NCBI GenBank assembly: GCA_015680685.1
Contig: MNCI01001321.1
Span: forward strand, 160,062 to 224,061
DNA length: 64,000 nucleotides
Source: Gnetum montanum
Lineage: Eukaryota; Plantae; Gnetophyta
Direction: 5' to 3'
Shown here: one piece after another, positions 38,952 to 49,600 of the stretch
Layout: every line of letters starts with the position of its first letter
How positions within the stretch are numbered: position 1 is the stretch's first letter
Position numbers and translations under genes: made by a program
Notes under the pieces: model-generated
What the model was told of the DNA's origin: nothing
The model's database searches: none
What the model saw: the letters and a program-made list of their open reading frames with translations, nothing else

Positions 38952-40027
38952 AGAGAAATAAAGGATAGTTTGGGTGAGAGGTCAACGAAAGGTTCGGAAG
39001 TCAAAGTATCAACTTCCATTGTTCCTGACAAGAGGGCAAAGGGGTTGTTGGTGGAGACAAGGGCCATGGAAGTGTTCAATGAAGAGGAGCTTAAGGCAGG
39101 AGTAGAACTAAAGGAAGCTTTGACTCGTTTCCTTCCATTGCCCACCACGAACTCATCCACCGAGATTGAGTCCATGATTGCCTTAGAGGGGATGACATTG
39201 GTGGAGGTGTGAGTACTTGAGTGTTGTTTTTGTGGCTTGGAGGGGCTAGACTGAGAGGAGGATTGTGGAGCTGTTGGAGAAGGAGAGTCGAATTTAAAGG
39301 ATACTGAGGGTGGGCATAATGGTGTGACTGAGGAATGGGTTTTCTGAGATGCTACTAGTTGTTTTTTCTTGGCTAGGATGGGGGCACTTCGATATATGAT
39401 GCTCGACCCTATGACAATAGCTACATGAGTTTGGAAGGTAAAAATAGTCCACTTTTTAGGTGAAGAGTTTTTCACCAGTAGTAAGGGTTAATAAGATCTT
39501 CCGAAGAGCAATGTTCAGTTCAATACAATAATGGCGAATTTGAGTTCCATTAATCATTGTACAATGCTTGGAAATAATAAGACCCAAGGTGCTCACAATG
39601 TCCCTCTCCACAGAGAGAAGATAAGTGAAAGATTGGGCAATTCCACATAACAGGGAATTATATTAAAAGCTGGGTCGTTGACATTAAAGTCAAGTTTCCA
39701 GGCACATGCTATTAAAGTTGTATTCCGTGTTGGAAAAATTTTTAAAAAGAGAGCCTTCTCAACCTGAGAGACATGAGATAGTTTTACCAAAATAAAATTT
39801 TGAGCGTAGTATTGAATATAAGAAACTTGAATGCCTTGAGGTTGAACTAGGCTTTGATTTTGAGCGTTTATGGTTAGGGACCTTGGTAAGAACCCCACAA
39901 TTTGAAAAAAAATAAAGCGACTTGCGAAATGTTTAGAAATTGCTTGGAAAATATTAGAAAGTAAAAGAAAATCAATTGAAGTTGAGGTAGAAGAACCATA
40001 TGAATCCACTGTGACACGCTTGCCCAC
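38948..40027 (-). pseudogene. LINE ORF1 (DUF4283-like N-terminal part, Ser/Pro-rich C-terminus), frameshifted
   Basis: ORFs 39593-40027 ('WKLDFN...IPCYVELPNL') and 38948-39475 ('NPFALL') lie directly upstream of ORF2. Confidence 0.75.
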
Positions 40028-40072
40028 GAAACAAACTCAGCCTCTTCACAGCAACAACACAGAACACCCAGC

Positions 40073-40152
40073 CACAGCCCCAAATTGATTCTCTGGATCT
40101 TGAGCTTAGAACACAGCCCCAAATTGATTCTCTGGATCTTGAGCTTAGAACA
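40073..40152. repeat. perfect 39-bp tandem duplication in the LINE 5' region
   Basis: CACAGCCCCAAATTGATTCTCTGGATCTTGAGCTTAGAA x2. Confidence 0.95.
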
Positions 40153-41564
40153 GGTTTGTCCTGAAATTGCAGATGCGGATTTATTATTTCAGATCGTGGG
40201 GTTTTTGCAGATGACGGGTCTGTAAACAGATGGCGTTCAAGATCACGGCAGCGTTCTGTTTGGTTTTGATCACAGGCTAGAACACCACCGTGCGGGGAAT
40301 TTCGATCATTCGCAGGGTTTCTCGGGTCGCGGACGTGGTTGTGGGCTCGGATCTGCAGCTTCCTTGGGTCGTGGCCGCGGATCTGCCGGTGGCCACGGTT
40401 CGACAAGCGGTCGCGGTTTTGCAAGCTGCGGCAGTTTTGCAGTTCTTGGCCCTCTTGCAGGGCGTGTAGCAGGGCACAGCGATTTCCCAAGGCGCAGCGG
40501 TTTTGGGCGACGTGGATCTGATTTTGGAGAACGACGCAGCAACAGTCAGCACGGTCCACGCAACAGCGGTCCACAAGGACCACGCAACCGCGGCCAATGC
40601 GGCCCTCTAGACAGCACGCAGCCACCCCACCCACCTCAAAGCAGCAACAGCAGCAGAGGAAACGCTTCAATTTGCAGGCGGAGCTCCAGCCAGCGAGAAG
40701 GTACCAGGAGTGTTGACACAGGTCAGAAAATAATCACTTCAACGCTTCCTCCTTCAGAAACGCAAGGACCGGCTCAACAGCGTTGCTCCATTCCCTGTAG
40801 TCAGGGCGCAGGGCAGAGACCCAGTCGTCCAACGCAAGCGTCAGGGCGCAGCCAGGGCTGATTAAGGATGATTTTAGTATTAGCTTTTCTGTATTACTAA
40901 CTAATTGGCTAACTCCCCATATACTAGTTGTGTTGGTATAACATGAGCATTGGTGAACATGGCATTAGGCTTCTCTCTTTATCATAGCTCTTTTATAGTC
41001 AAAAAATATGGTTGTAGAGGTTGATTTTATTCATTAACATGGAAAAATGTTCAAGGCTAGACTTTGTAGAATCAAAATTGGTTTTAGAGCTTGATATGTG
41101 TTTTTGATTTTACTCATTTGCATGGCCAATTCTAAGCTAGATTAAAAGCCAAAAGTTGCATGTAATACTGATATGGTAAAACTAAATGCAACATTATAAA
41201 ACCAAAAACAATTCTAGAGCAAAATCTTGAGCTAAGTTAAATTCTATTTAAGTACACATGATGATGATGGACTAATCTCGGTCCCACCAAGTCCTATATA
41301 TACAAAGTTGACATAGTAGAACCATTTTGGGTGGCCTTTGTAGAATTGAAAAATGCTTCTAAAGGCCGATTTCAAATGAGTGCTTGTTCTAAAAGCTAAT
41401 GTGGCAAAGAGAGAAGCCATTAAAAGCATAATCTATTGTAAAACTAAAAAATAGTTCTAATAGTCAATTCTACAAGTTGATGTGGTAAGAAGAAACCATG
41501 CAAACAGAAGCTTGAACCTGTGCAATTAAGCCCAACCAAGCTTAATAATACCCAACAAATACTT

Positions 41565-41748
41565 TTAAGTAGTGTTTTATAATCTACAAAATCATCATAA
41601 CTTAAATAGTTCATCCCTTCATTAAAAGCATTATAATTTAGGCTAACTAGGAGTTTTTCAAGTAGGGTTTTTCAATTCACAAAATCCTCATAGCTTAAAT
41701 GGTTCATCCCTTCATTAGAAGTATTAGAATTTGGGTTAACTAGGAGTT
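41565..41748. repeat. ~92-bp imperfect tandem duplication
   Basis: aagtag.gtttt..aat..acaaaatc.tcata.cttaaat.gttcatcccttcatta...taactaggagt x2. Confidence 0.85.
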
Positions 41749-43575
41749 GAGTCAACCCAACTTTTATTAAAATCCTTATCATAGTCTGAATTTGTAAGAC
41801 TTTTTGCATGTTTTGCTCTATTTTTTATGTAAAATACTTTCAAAAATTTTAAATACAAGTTTGAAAAACTTGGAAAATATTACAACTCCTAGCATAATAA
41901 CATGAAAGATTTCTAGAAAACATCATTAATTAATACTATTAGTTTAAATATTATCACATAAGAAAGGGAGATGATAAAATCATTAACTAAATTTGCTCAT
42001 GAAAGGTTCAACTAGTGGTTTTGGCCTTTATGCATATTGGGCATCCATTTCAAATTCTTTTGTTGGCTTTGTTAAGAAAAGTTAAGAATAAGTTCTCCAT
42101 AGAAAGTTTAACAAAGCATATAAAAGAGTACCTTAATCCAAGTATTTCTTTCTTCATTGCATGAAGTGGATACTTACATAATTTATCCGCAATCAAAAAT
42201 AGTAATGCTAGTTTGAGCATAAAGTTTTAACTACTTTTATTAGTCTTATAGAAACTAATCAACTTTTAATACAAATAAAAGTTACTTATGCACAATTTTC
42301 TCACATAACTTTTGCAATTTGTTTAATAATAGACCATTGCAATTTTTTATCTTTGAAGAGAACCAAGGGCATTTAAAACCATTCTTTTAGTTTCTTTTTC
42401 TCCTAAGAAAAGAGCACTTTCTTGTTTGTTACTTGTATATAGTTTTGGTAGAAACATAAATATTATTTAATTTGATTTTGATAATAAATGCATTGTAAAG
42501 TAATTAAAATCGAACTTCAATGAAAATTTTACTTAAATAAAATTTGAGAATAATAATTAGGCTGAAAAAGATTTCACTTTGAGAAACAATTAAAGATTTT
42601 ACTTAAAGATTCATAATTAAATATTTAAGGATTTTAATGTATGAATTATATTATATTAAAAAAATTTATAAATTTAACATGCAAAGGTAAATCTTTGAAT
42701 ATAGATTTTGTAAAGTATAATGAAAAAATTTCATGGCAAGTACGGTTGGAGGTCAAATTCATACACTATTCCTTGTTTTTAATACGAAATCAATGGCTTT
42801 GAATGTCACGGACTTGCCCACTTTTTCTGATTCTCTAAACGACTGGACCCGATATATTTTGTAACTCTTGAACCATGCGTTCAAGTGACAATAGCAGAGA
42901 GAGAAGAACGGTATGTGAATGCCTTTTTTCACTATTGAATATGGCACGCTCGACCATTTTTTCCGACTCTATAAACATTCGAACATCTTTAGAGATATTT
43001 TTGGGGCTCGTTAAAATGAGAGTAGGAAGGAGCCAGAGACAGAAAGATATTCTTTAAAACACAGAGGGTAGTGGCTAGCAGACATACAGCTAGGAGAAAA
43101 GCGGAAAAACGGTACGCATAGTTGGCCCCACGATTCTAATGTGCGTAAAGGTAGATTTTAGAGGAAGATTTTTCTATTTATCCCCGGCCGAAAAAATGAT
43201 TTGAAATCGGTCGTTAACAATAAAGAGGCTCCTTCGGTCTTCGATATCTTTTTTATTTGTTTCATCATATGCATTTGGCGGGCCAACACGATAATTGGAA
43301 TATGTCGTCTATTTATTTTGGAATATGTCGTCTATTAAGGATCATCATAATATCAAAATAAAGATCTTGGAATAATATGAATCATAATTTGAACAGAAAC
43401 AGAAAACGCAGTGAGCGAGCGACTATAAAGGAGACAAGCGGATGCGTTCTGCAAGAAAGGGAGGCGGGACCGCGGGACAGACCACTTGCAACACTAAACT
43501 TAATGATAGTTTATGCATGGTTTTGATAAAACAGAGTAAGAGAGATCCAGAATGTGAAGAAAATCTGTATTACTT

Positions 43576-44605
43576 CTACATCTCTAATTGCCTGCGTCTT
43601 ATGGCGTACTCCAGATCATCCCTAGCATGGGGAAGCAAACCCTGGAACCACAGCAAACAGTACAAACATACAATAGATGAAGAAACCCTGGGCATACTTA
43701 AAATTTTATGTTATGTACAAGATCATTGAATATAAATCTCACCTGTGCACAACCTCTGGAATCTTCCTTGGCCTCACTTCTTAGTTTGCAGATCATTTCA
43801 TCTTTTGGCAGGGCCTTGAGCTGGAAAACAAACCGTTCGAAGTCAGAAACAGTTTTTAGTTTTTACACCTGAACACGCAGCATTTGCCGCCCTGTGATTC
43901 TTGCATATGTGTGGAAATTCAATTAAGCGTATTAAAATGCCACTCGTTTACGTCTCTTTTCTGCATGGTATTTTAACGGGTAGAGTAAAATTTTGATTAT
44001 TTTCCAGAGAAGCCAATGCCTTTGGAACTTTCTCCCAGTGAACAAATACTAAAGCATTGACGGTTATCAAACTTGGGCACAGGGTATAATAGAGATGCAT
44101 AGCGTAATGCTTAAAAAGAAGCCATTTTTGCAGTCAAACCTGAGCTATGTAACTGAGATCATAATCAGTTAAGCGATAATTCAGCTTCATAGTGGAAGGA
44201 TCTGGATTTTCACCTGTCCAGTCATTCATGACAAAGATTGCTTTGTCTGCAATCCTAGCTGCAGCTTCTTCACACCAGTCGTACCCTACCACAAATTCAT
44301 CTTCCCTCATCTTCCCAGGAGTAAAAGCAGGCGGAGTGCATAAAAACTCAATATGAATTACAATTACTTACCAAAGAAGATATATTTTCTCTTGGAGGAT
44401 GAACTCGTGTTATCCTGCAATCACACAAAAAGATAGTAATGTCTTTCATACCACAAACAAGATAATCTCAGAAAATTGAAATCCAGACATACCTAACCTT
44501 TACTTCAAAACCCCTAGTTTTTGTATGAGGATATACTCCGCAGCGGAAACCGTTCATTCTTGTCAAGACAAAAGCTGCTTCTCTTATCTCTCTATCTTCC
44601 ACCAT
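43576..44605 (-). CDS. Divergent AP2-domain protein (euAP2-like, single AP2 repeat + linker), 5 exons, 146 aa
   Basis: Exons 44605-44498, 44414-44372, 44285-44140, 43820-43743, 43641-43576, all GT-AG and in frame, with an in-frame TAA upstream of the ATG. Translation: [145 protein letters not shown]. Confidence 0.75.
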
Positions 44606-44673
44606 TTCTTAATTTAGCAAGATCTTGCAAATTCAAGAGAGAGAGGGTGGACCAAGAGAAGATCAAAGCAGAG

Positions 44674-44721
44674 CAGCAGCACCAACGACAGGAAAGACAG
44701 CAGCACCAACGACAGGAAAGA
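44674..44721. repeat. 24-bp perfect tandem duplication in the AP2-like gene 5' UTR/promoter
   Basis: CAGCAGCACCAACGACAGGAAAGA x2. Confidence 0.9.
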
Positions 44722-44787
44722 AAGAAAGAAAATGCTCAGGATCAGCAAAGTAAGAATGGCAAGGGAGTCTATAAGTAATGCCCAAAG

Positions 44788-45000
44788 TCCTCATCTCATC
44801 ATGGCAGGGCAGTGTGCTTTTCATCTAGTCCTCATCTCATCGTGGCAGGGCAGTGTGCTTTTCATCTCATCGCTTTTCATCGCATCTTGCTGTGCTTTTC
44901 ATCTCATCGTGGCAGGGACAATGGCCGATTGTGAAAATTTGCATTTCCTGTCGCAGGAAGGGCCGATTGTGACTGCACCCTTGCTTTTCATCGCATCTTT
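44788..45000. repeat. degenerate ~41-bp repeat array upstream of the AP2-like gene
   Basis: Recurrent CTCATCTCATC.TGGCAGGG and GTGCTTTTCATC modules. Confidence 0.75.
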
Positions 45001-46627
45001 GAGGTCTTTTTACTGGCATTGCATCATTCAACGAAAACCACGAATCCCATTTAATGCGTCCACCGTGTTTACGTTTAATTGCTTGGACTACGTCCTAATA
45101 AAAATTTCGCGTATCTAAACCTCCTTCACTATGGGACAAACCAGGGACAAAGATCCATCTCTTCTTATATTTTCTCATTTACCGTGCTGGTAAGTCCGTG
45201 CTCTACCCAGGCTTCATCGTATTGGATAGAATTTGAGGTACATCCCTTATCATGTTAGCACAAAAACTTTTGTTCCAAATTTGTTGATTTTATCTTTAAC
45301 GTTTTGTAATGATAGGCTTATTTGAGTAATAATGATAGGCGTCCTAGTTTCACAAGACTGCGATGATCCTAATGCCATCTGACCACTACTCCTCTTCCCA
45401 GTCGACATTTTTGCGAGTTTCGTTTTTGTTTTGTTTTGATTTTAAATTCTCTTTCCTTACATGTTCAAATAAAAAAGGCATATGAATATAGTTACTGTGT
45501 TTTGATAAAAAATATAAATATTTTTTATTCTTTAATTTTATTACTTTACATCTCAAGGAGCTATTCTCTATAAATGAAAAGATTAATTACAAAATTCTCT
45601 TATATTATCTTAGAATGGATATTCCTAGTTTTGTTTGGAGAGTAAAAATTTATCTATGTAGTGACTTTGATACTAGAATTAGGTCTAATCAAATCCCTAT
45701 TTTTAGTGAAGAGGCTACTTCTAGGAGTCCAAGTTAATTTGATTTTGATTTTGGAGAACTCGAGATATGTTGCTCTGCATTTGTTGGTCAAGGAGAGAAC
45801 TAACCTTCAGAGTTTTACTTTCTCCTTTGTGCATAAACACAGAGACCTCAATGAGGGAATCCTCAGTCACATCACCAGCCTCCAGGTCTAGGGTTCAAGC
45901 CAAATGTTTTGGCCAGTCTAGGATATTTCCGATGCTACTATGGTTATGTCACAGGGGGAGGCATCAGTTCCTATCATTGCAAGATTAGGCTATTTAAAAG
46001 TTTCCCCGTATGGGCTTGTTAGGGCTAGGAATGCAAGCAAAGCTTCGTCCATTTGCAAATTAACCTGCAAAACTGCCAAAAAAGGAAGTAGTTACATTGT
46101 TTTTATCAACATGGTGAAATGATACAAGGCTTTAGAGGTGCATGTCTAAAGGCTACTAGTTTAAGGTCTTAGAGGATTGTTACAATATTACAGAGTTTGT
46201 AATACAATGGTAAGTAAGGTTTCTTAGGTGCTAGCTTAAAGTGTTCACAGACTATAGCTAAAAGTATAACGTGGTGTGTCTAGCGTGGCAAAATAGTTGA
46301 TTTAGAGTTTTTTTTGCAAACCGTAGTTAAGGTGACTGGATTACGAGACGATAAGCTATGCGTAAGTTTAGGGTCTTTTCGGACCACAATCAATGCGATA
46401 TCTATGAGATTAATGGTGCGATCTTCATGCTTCATGTCAAATTGACATGCCTGTCTTTCGGGAAAGTTCCACGTTAATTGGACATGAAAACAACAAGTTT
46501 TCACCATCATACTTATAAGTAGATGGTTCATCCTCAAGGTAAACTATAAACATAACAAAGTTGATTTAGGCGAAAGCAGAAGAATAACGTAAGTTGACGA
46601 TTTCATCGAGGTTATTCAGGCATAACA

Positions 46628-49600
46628 ATGGCACTGAAGACTGGACACAAACATGCCAAGTTGGCCAGGATCGATGAAGTATAGGAAAGTCTAGGGTGGG
46701 TTTCAAAGGCGTTAGTCGAAATGCAGGAAGTTACTCCACTAGCCCAGTAAGTTGCTCTTCATCTTCCTTATGTATTACATGTGTTGAGTTATTTTCGTTG
46801 TCATTGTGCTGTAATTTGCTAGCTACCTCTGATAGTTATGCTATGGAAGTTTGTAACATTACCCTTATCGTCGTTGTCAGAGACAGACCTTACATTGTTG
46901 TAAGGGTTTGGGTGGTTGTGAGTAATATTGATGAACACAATGCGTAACTGGTCAAGAGTTCAAGTGTTGTACCTTTGTATAATGCAAGTGGGGTTCCGTT
47001 GTTTTGCCCGTAATGGTCATGTGTTACGCTAGGGTAATATGTCGTATTACCTTTATAGCCATTGTCATAGATAGACCTTGCACCGTTACAAGGGTTTGGG
47101 CAGTTTTGGTAGTGCATCTCTAACATAACATGTGGTTTTCCAGGGAGCCAAGGTAGTGAGAACCCTAGTGTTGTGTAACGGATTCTCGTGAGTTTTGATG
47201 TTGTTAGCATATTTGACCTACTTTCTAATAAGAATGTGTTTTATTGTAAAGGGTCACGCTAAAGCCCGTCCTGATAGTTCTGGACATTGTGGATGTCCTA
47301 TGCTGTCTAAATATCCTTGTGACCAACGTTCCTCCTCCCCACGCTCATGTAGGGGGAGAGGTGATTTGGTTCCGAATGGATGCATGAGAGTTCTTGCAGT
47401 TTCTGCTGCATAACTTTAGTGTAATTATTTGGTCGCATCTGTCGGCCAAGACAATCACTGCCATTCTGGAAATGCTACTGGTTGGGTCAACACAAAGCAT
47501 CTTAACGTTTCTGGTGGACGACTCAATCAAGACCGTAGGGGGAAAAGATCGCGAACAGAGCATCAAGGGTTTGAGGCATTTATCTTGGATATGGGAGATG
47601 CCCAGGTTTAATTTTTATCACGCCTACAACACATTGTTCATGGCTCACCATCTCACGACCTATTTTCAAAATCCACCTGCCATTGTGTATTACGCCGGAG
47701 GGTAAGTGCTTTTAAGGTATTATGATATGTTAATTGCTATTTGATTTTGCATTAGATGTGAAAAATCTATATTCTATGGCATAGGTTTTTTATCGATGCG
47801 GATGGTCTCCATGGTGATACAGACATGTTGTCTACGGCCCAAACAGCCATAAAGGAATTCACTTCCATCAGCAATGTGTGTGCTGGTGTCTTGGGACAAC
47901 TAGGATTTGAAATCCAACACTATCCTATCCGTTATGCCAAATTCTTTGTCAAGTGTAGAGACTCCGGATGGCTGGATAAGGAGTGGACTTTAGATCATCC
48001 TATCATCGTTGACGATGTACAAGAGAAAATCCCACCATTTCCTTTGCCTTTTGGACACGATAAGTTACGCTACGTTGATCAACTGTGTGACCCTATAGAA
48101 TGAAAATAGTGTATAAAATTTTATTGTTTTGTTATGTTTATCTAACATGTTGTTTTATGTTTATAGTTAAGGAATCGCGGGAGGTCACAGTGATAGCCTC
48201 TGGGCATGATGTAGCCACCATCTTCTTTCGCTATGGTGACCTAAATGAAGCACAACGTTGGCTTTCCCACGGAGTGACCTCAGCTACCATAACCAATAAC
48301 CTCTAAGAAGCTGAACTGATGGAGCTATTTCTAGCTGTAACCCTCGATGTCATAGTAGCTGAAATGTTGGCCCTAGTCAACTCCTTCAGCGAACAAGTTG
48401 AGAATTTTCACATGCATGTGGGTAACGTGCGTGAATTTTGATATGAATGCTCAACTATTCATTAACTTTTTTGGCATTCCTTCTGATGGTCTCCCAATGG
48501 AAGAGAGATCAAAAAAGATTTCTAAACATCAGAAGGACATAGAGGAGTGGCGAGGGGTTAAAAAAGAGCCAAAAGGCATCTATGCTGATAAGATCAAGCT
48601 AGAGGTGGCTAACATCATTTACCCCCTCTTCTGTGCTCGTGCTTTCCCCAAGCTACTCTCCCAAGGGAAAATCCTTGGAATAGAATAGGCTTGGATCATG
48701 TGGGAGGTTATGGAGGAGGGAACACGATATAATTGGACCAAGCACCTCGTTGAAGGCCTACAGGCTGAAATGGTTAAGCTTTGCTAGAAGCTTGAATCTT
48801 GTTTCAATGTGCATTTTTCCTTCTTTATAGCTTGCTTGCGGCATTTTGTAGAATTTCTAGTGGTTCACAAGGATGGAGTCTAGGTTCAGCAAGATTGTAA
48901 CCAAATCTCCAAGCCATGGATTTCCCAGGTCTTTGACACCGTCCAATCCCAAGATCCTCCTGAAGGTATCGGGGAGTTGTTTTCATTAATGACTAGGGAT
49001 CAGGTGGCACCTGTCGTTCGAGGCCAAGATACCGTGGGTGGGGCATCCTTTTCTTACACCTATAGTATGTTAAGGGAAAAGCACCTAGAAGCAGAAATAA
49101 TAACTTCATTGGTCCAATAGAAAAAGAGTCATTCAACCGTAGAGTCTCCCGGTATGACTAGTGAAGAGGGAAGGAAACTACGCATTAAGTTTCATAGGAG
49201 CCATCCCCTAGTTGGTAAGTAGAGGAATGCGTGATTAATTTATGTATGTTCTGCTATGTATAAACGTCAGTTAGTTGCATAGTGCTCATGTGAAGTGAGT
49301 AAGGTTTTGCTAACTATGATGCATTCTACAAAAAAAGGGAAAGATGTGGTGGGATTGACCCCTAAAACAAGGGCCATAGTCCTACAGCATGGAGAAGGGG
49401 CCTCAGTTTTAGAAAAGAAGGCCCCTGTTGACAACGTGGACAGTACGTAGGCTTCTATGCCTGATGGTAAGACAAGCATAGAAGATGTCACTGCCGTGGC
49501 CCTTTTGGATAGGTTGGAAAAGGAAGAGCGGTTCGTCGCTAGTGAGTTTGATCATTTGCTTGACCATTCTTCTATGGAAAATTTTTCCATTGTTACCCCA

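Larger units (their letters stand above)
35117..40915 (-). mobile_element. L1-clade LINE, near full length, with 15-bp TSD
   Basis: TSD CCCATATACTAGTTG at 35102-35116 and 40916-40930, ORF1, APE-RT ORF2, and a GC-rich 5' region. The 3' end lies in the gap. Confidence 0.9.
17413..41557 (-). mobile_element. Sirevirus/SIRE-like Ty1/Copia element, highly decayed, with nested insertions
   Basis: Order gag-PR-INT-RT-RH on minus, Met-i PBS, PPT CAAAAGGGAAAGAT, and LTR homology between 17430-17721 and 41300-41557. Confidence 0.8.
33786..41557 (-). repeat. Copia 5' LTR (~1.95 kb) split by the LINE into 33786-35116 and 40916-41557
   Basis: Begins TGTTGGGTATT at 41557 on minus, is homologous to the 3' LTR fragment, and ends next to the PBS. 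Confidence 0.65.

Noticed and set aside
39972-40861. Several overlapping long ORFs in the GC-rich stretch
   Set aside because: Expected from high GC and few stops; no recognisable domain; lies in the LINE 5' region.
41760-42700. AT-rich stretch as a DNA-transposon remnant
   Set aside because: No TIR, TSD or transposase motif could be recognised by eye.
43040-43160. Helitron 3' end (TACGCA...TGCGTA hairpin near CTAG)
   Set aside because: Spacing and stem quality are not convincing, and no 5' end or Rep/Hel remnant was found.
44521-45118. Plus-strand ORFs 44521-44778 and 44732-45118
   Set aside because: Antisense to the AP2-like gene or UTR and built from local repeats.
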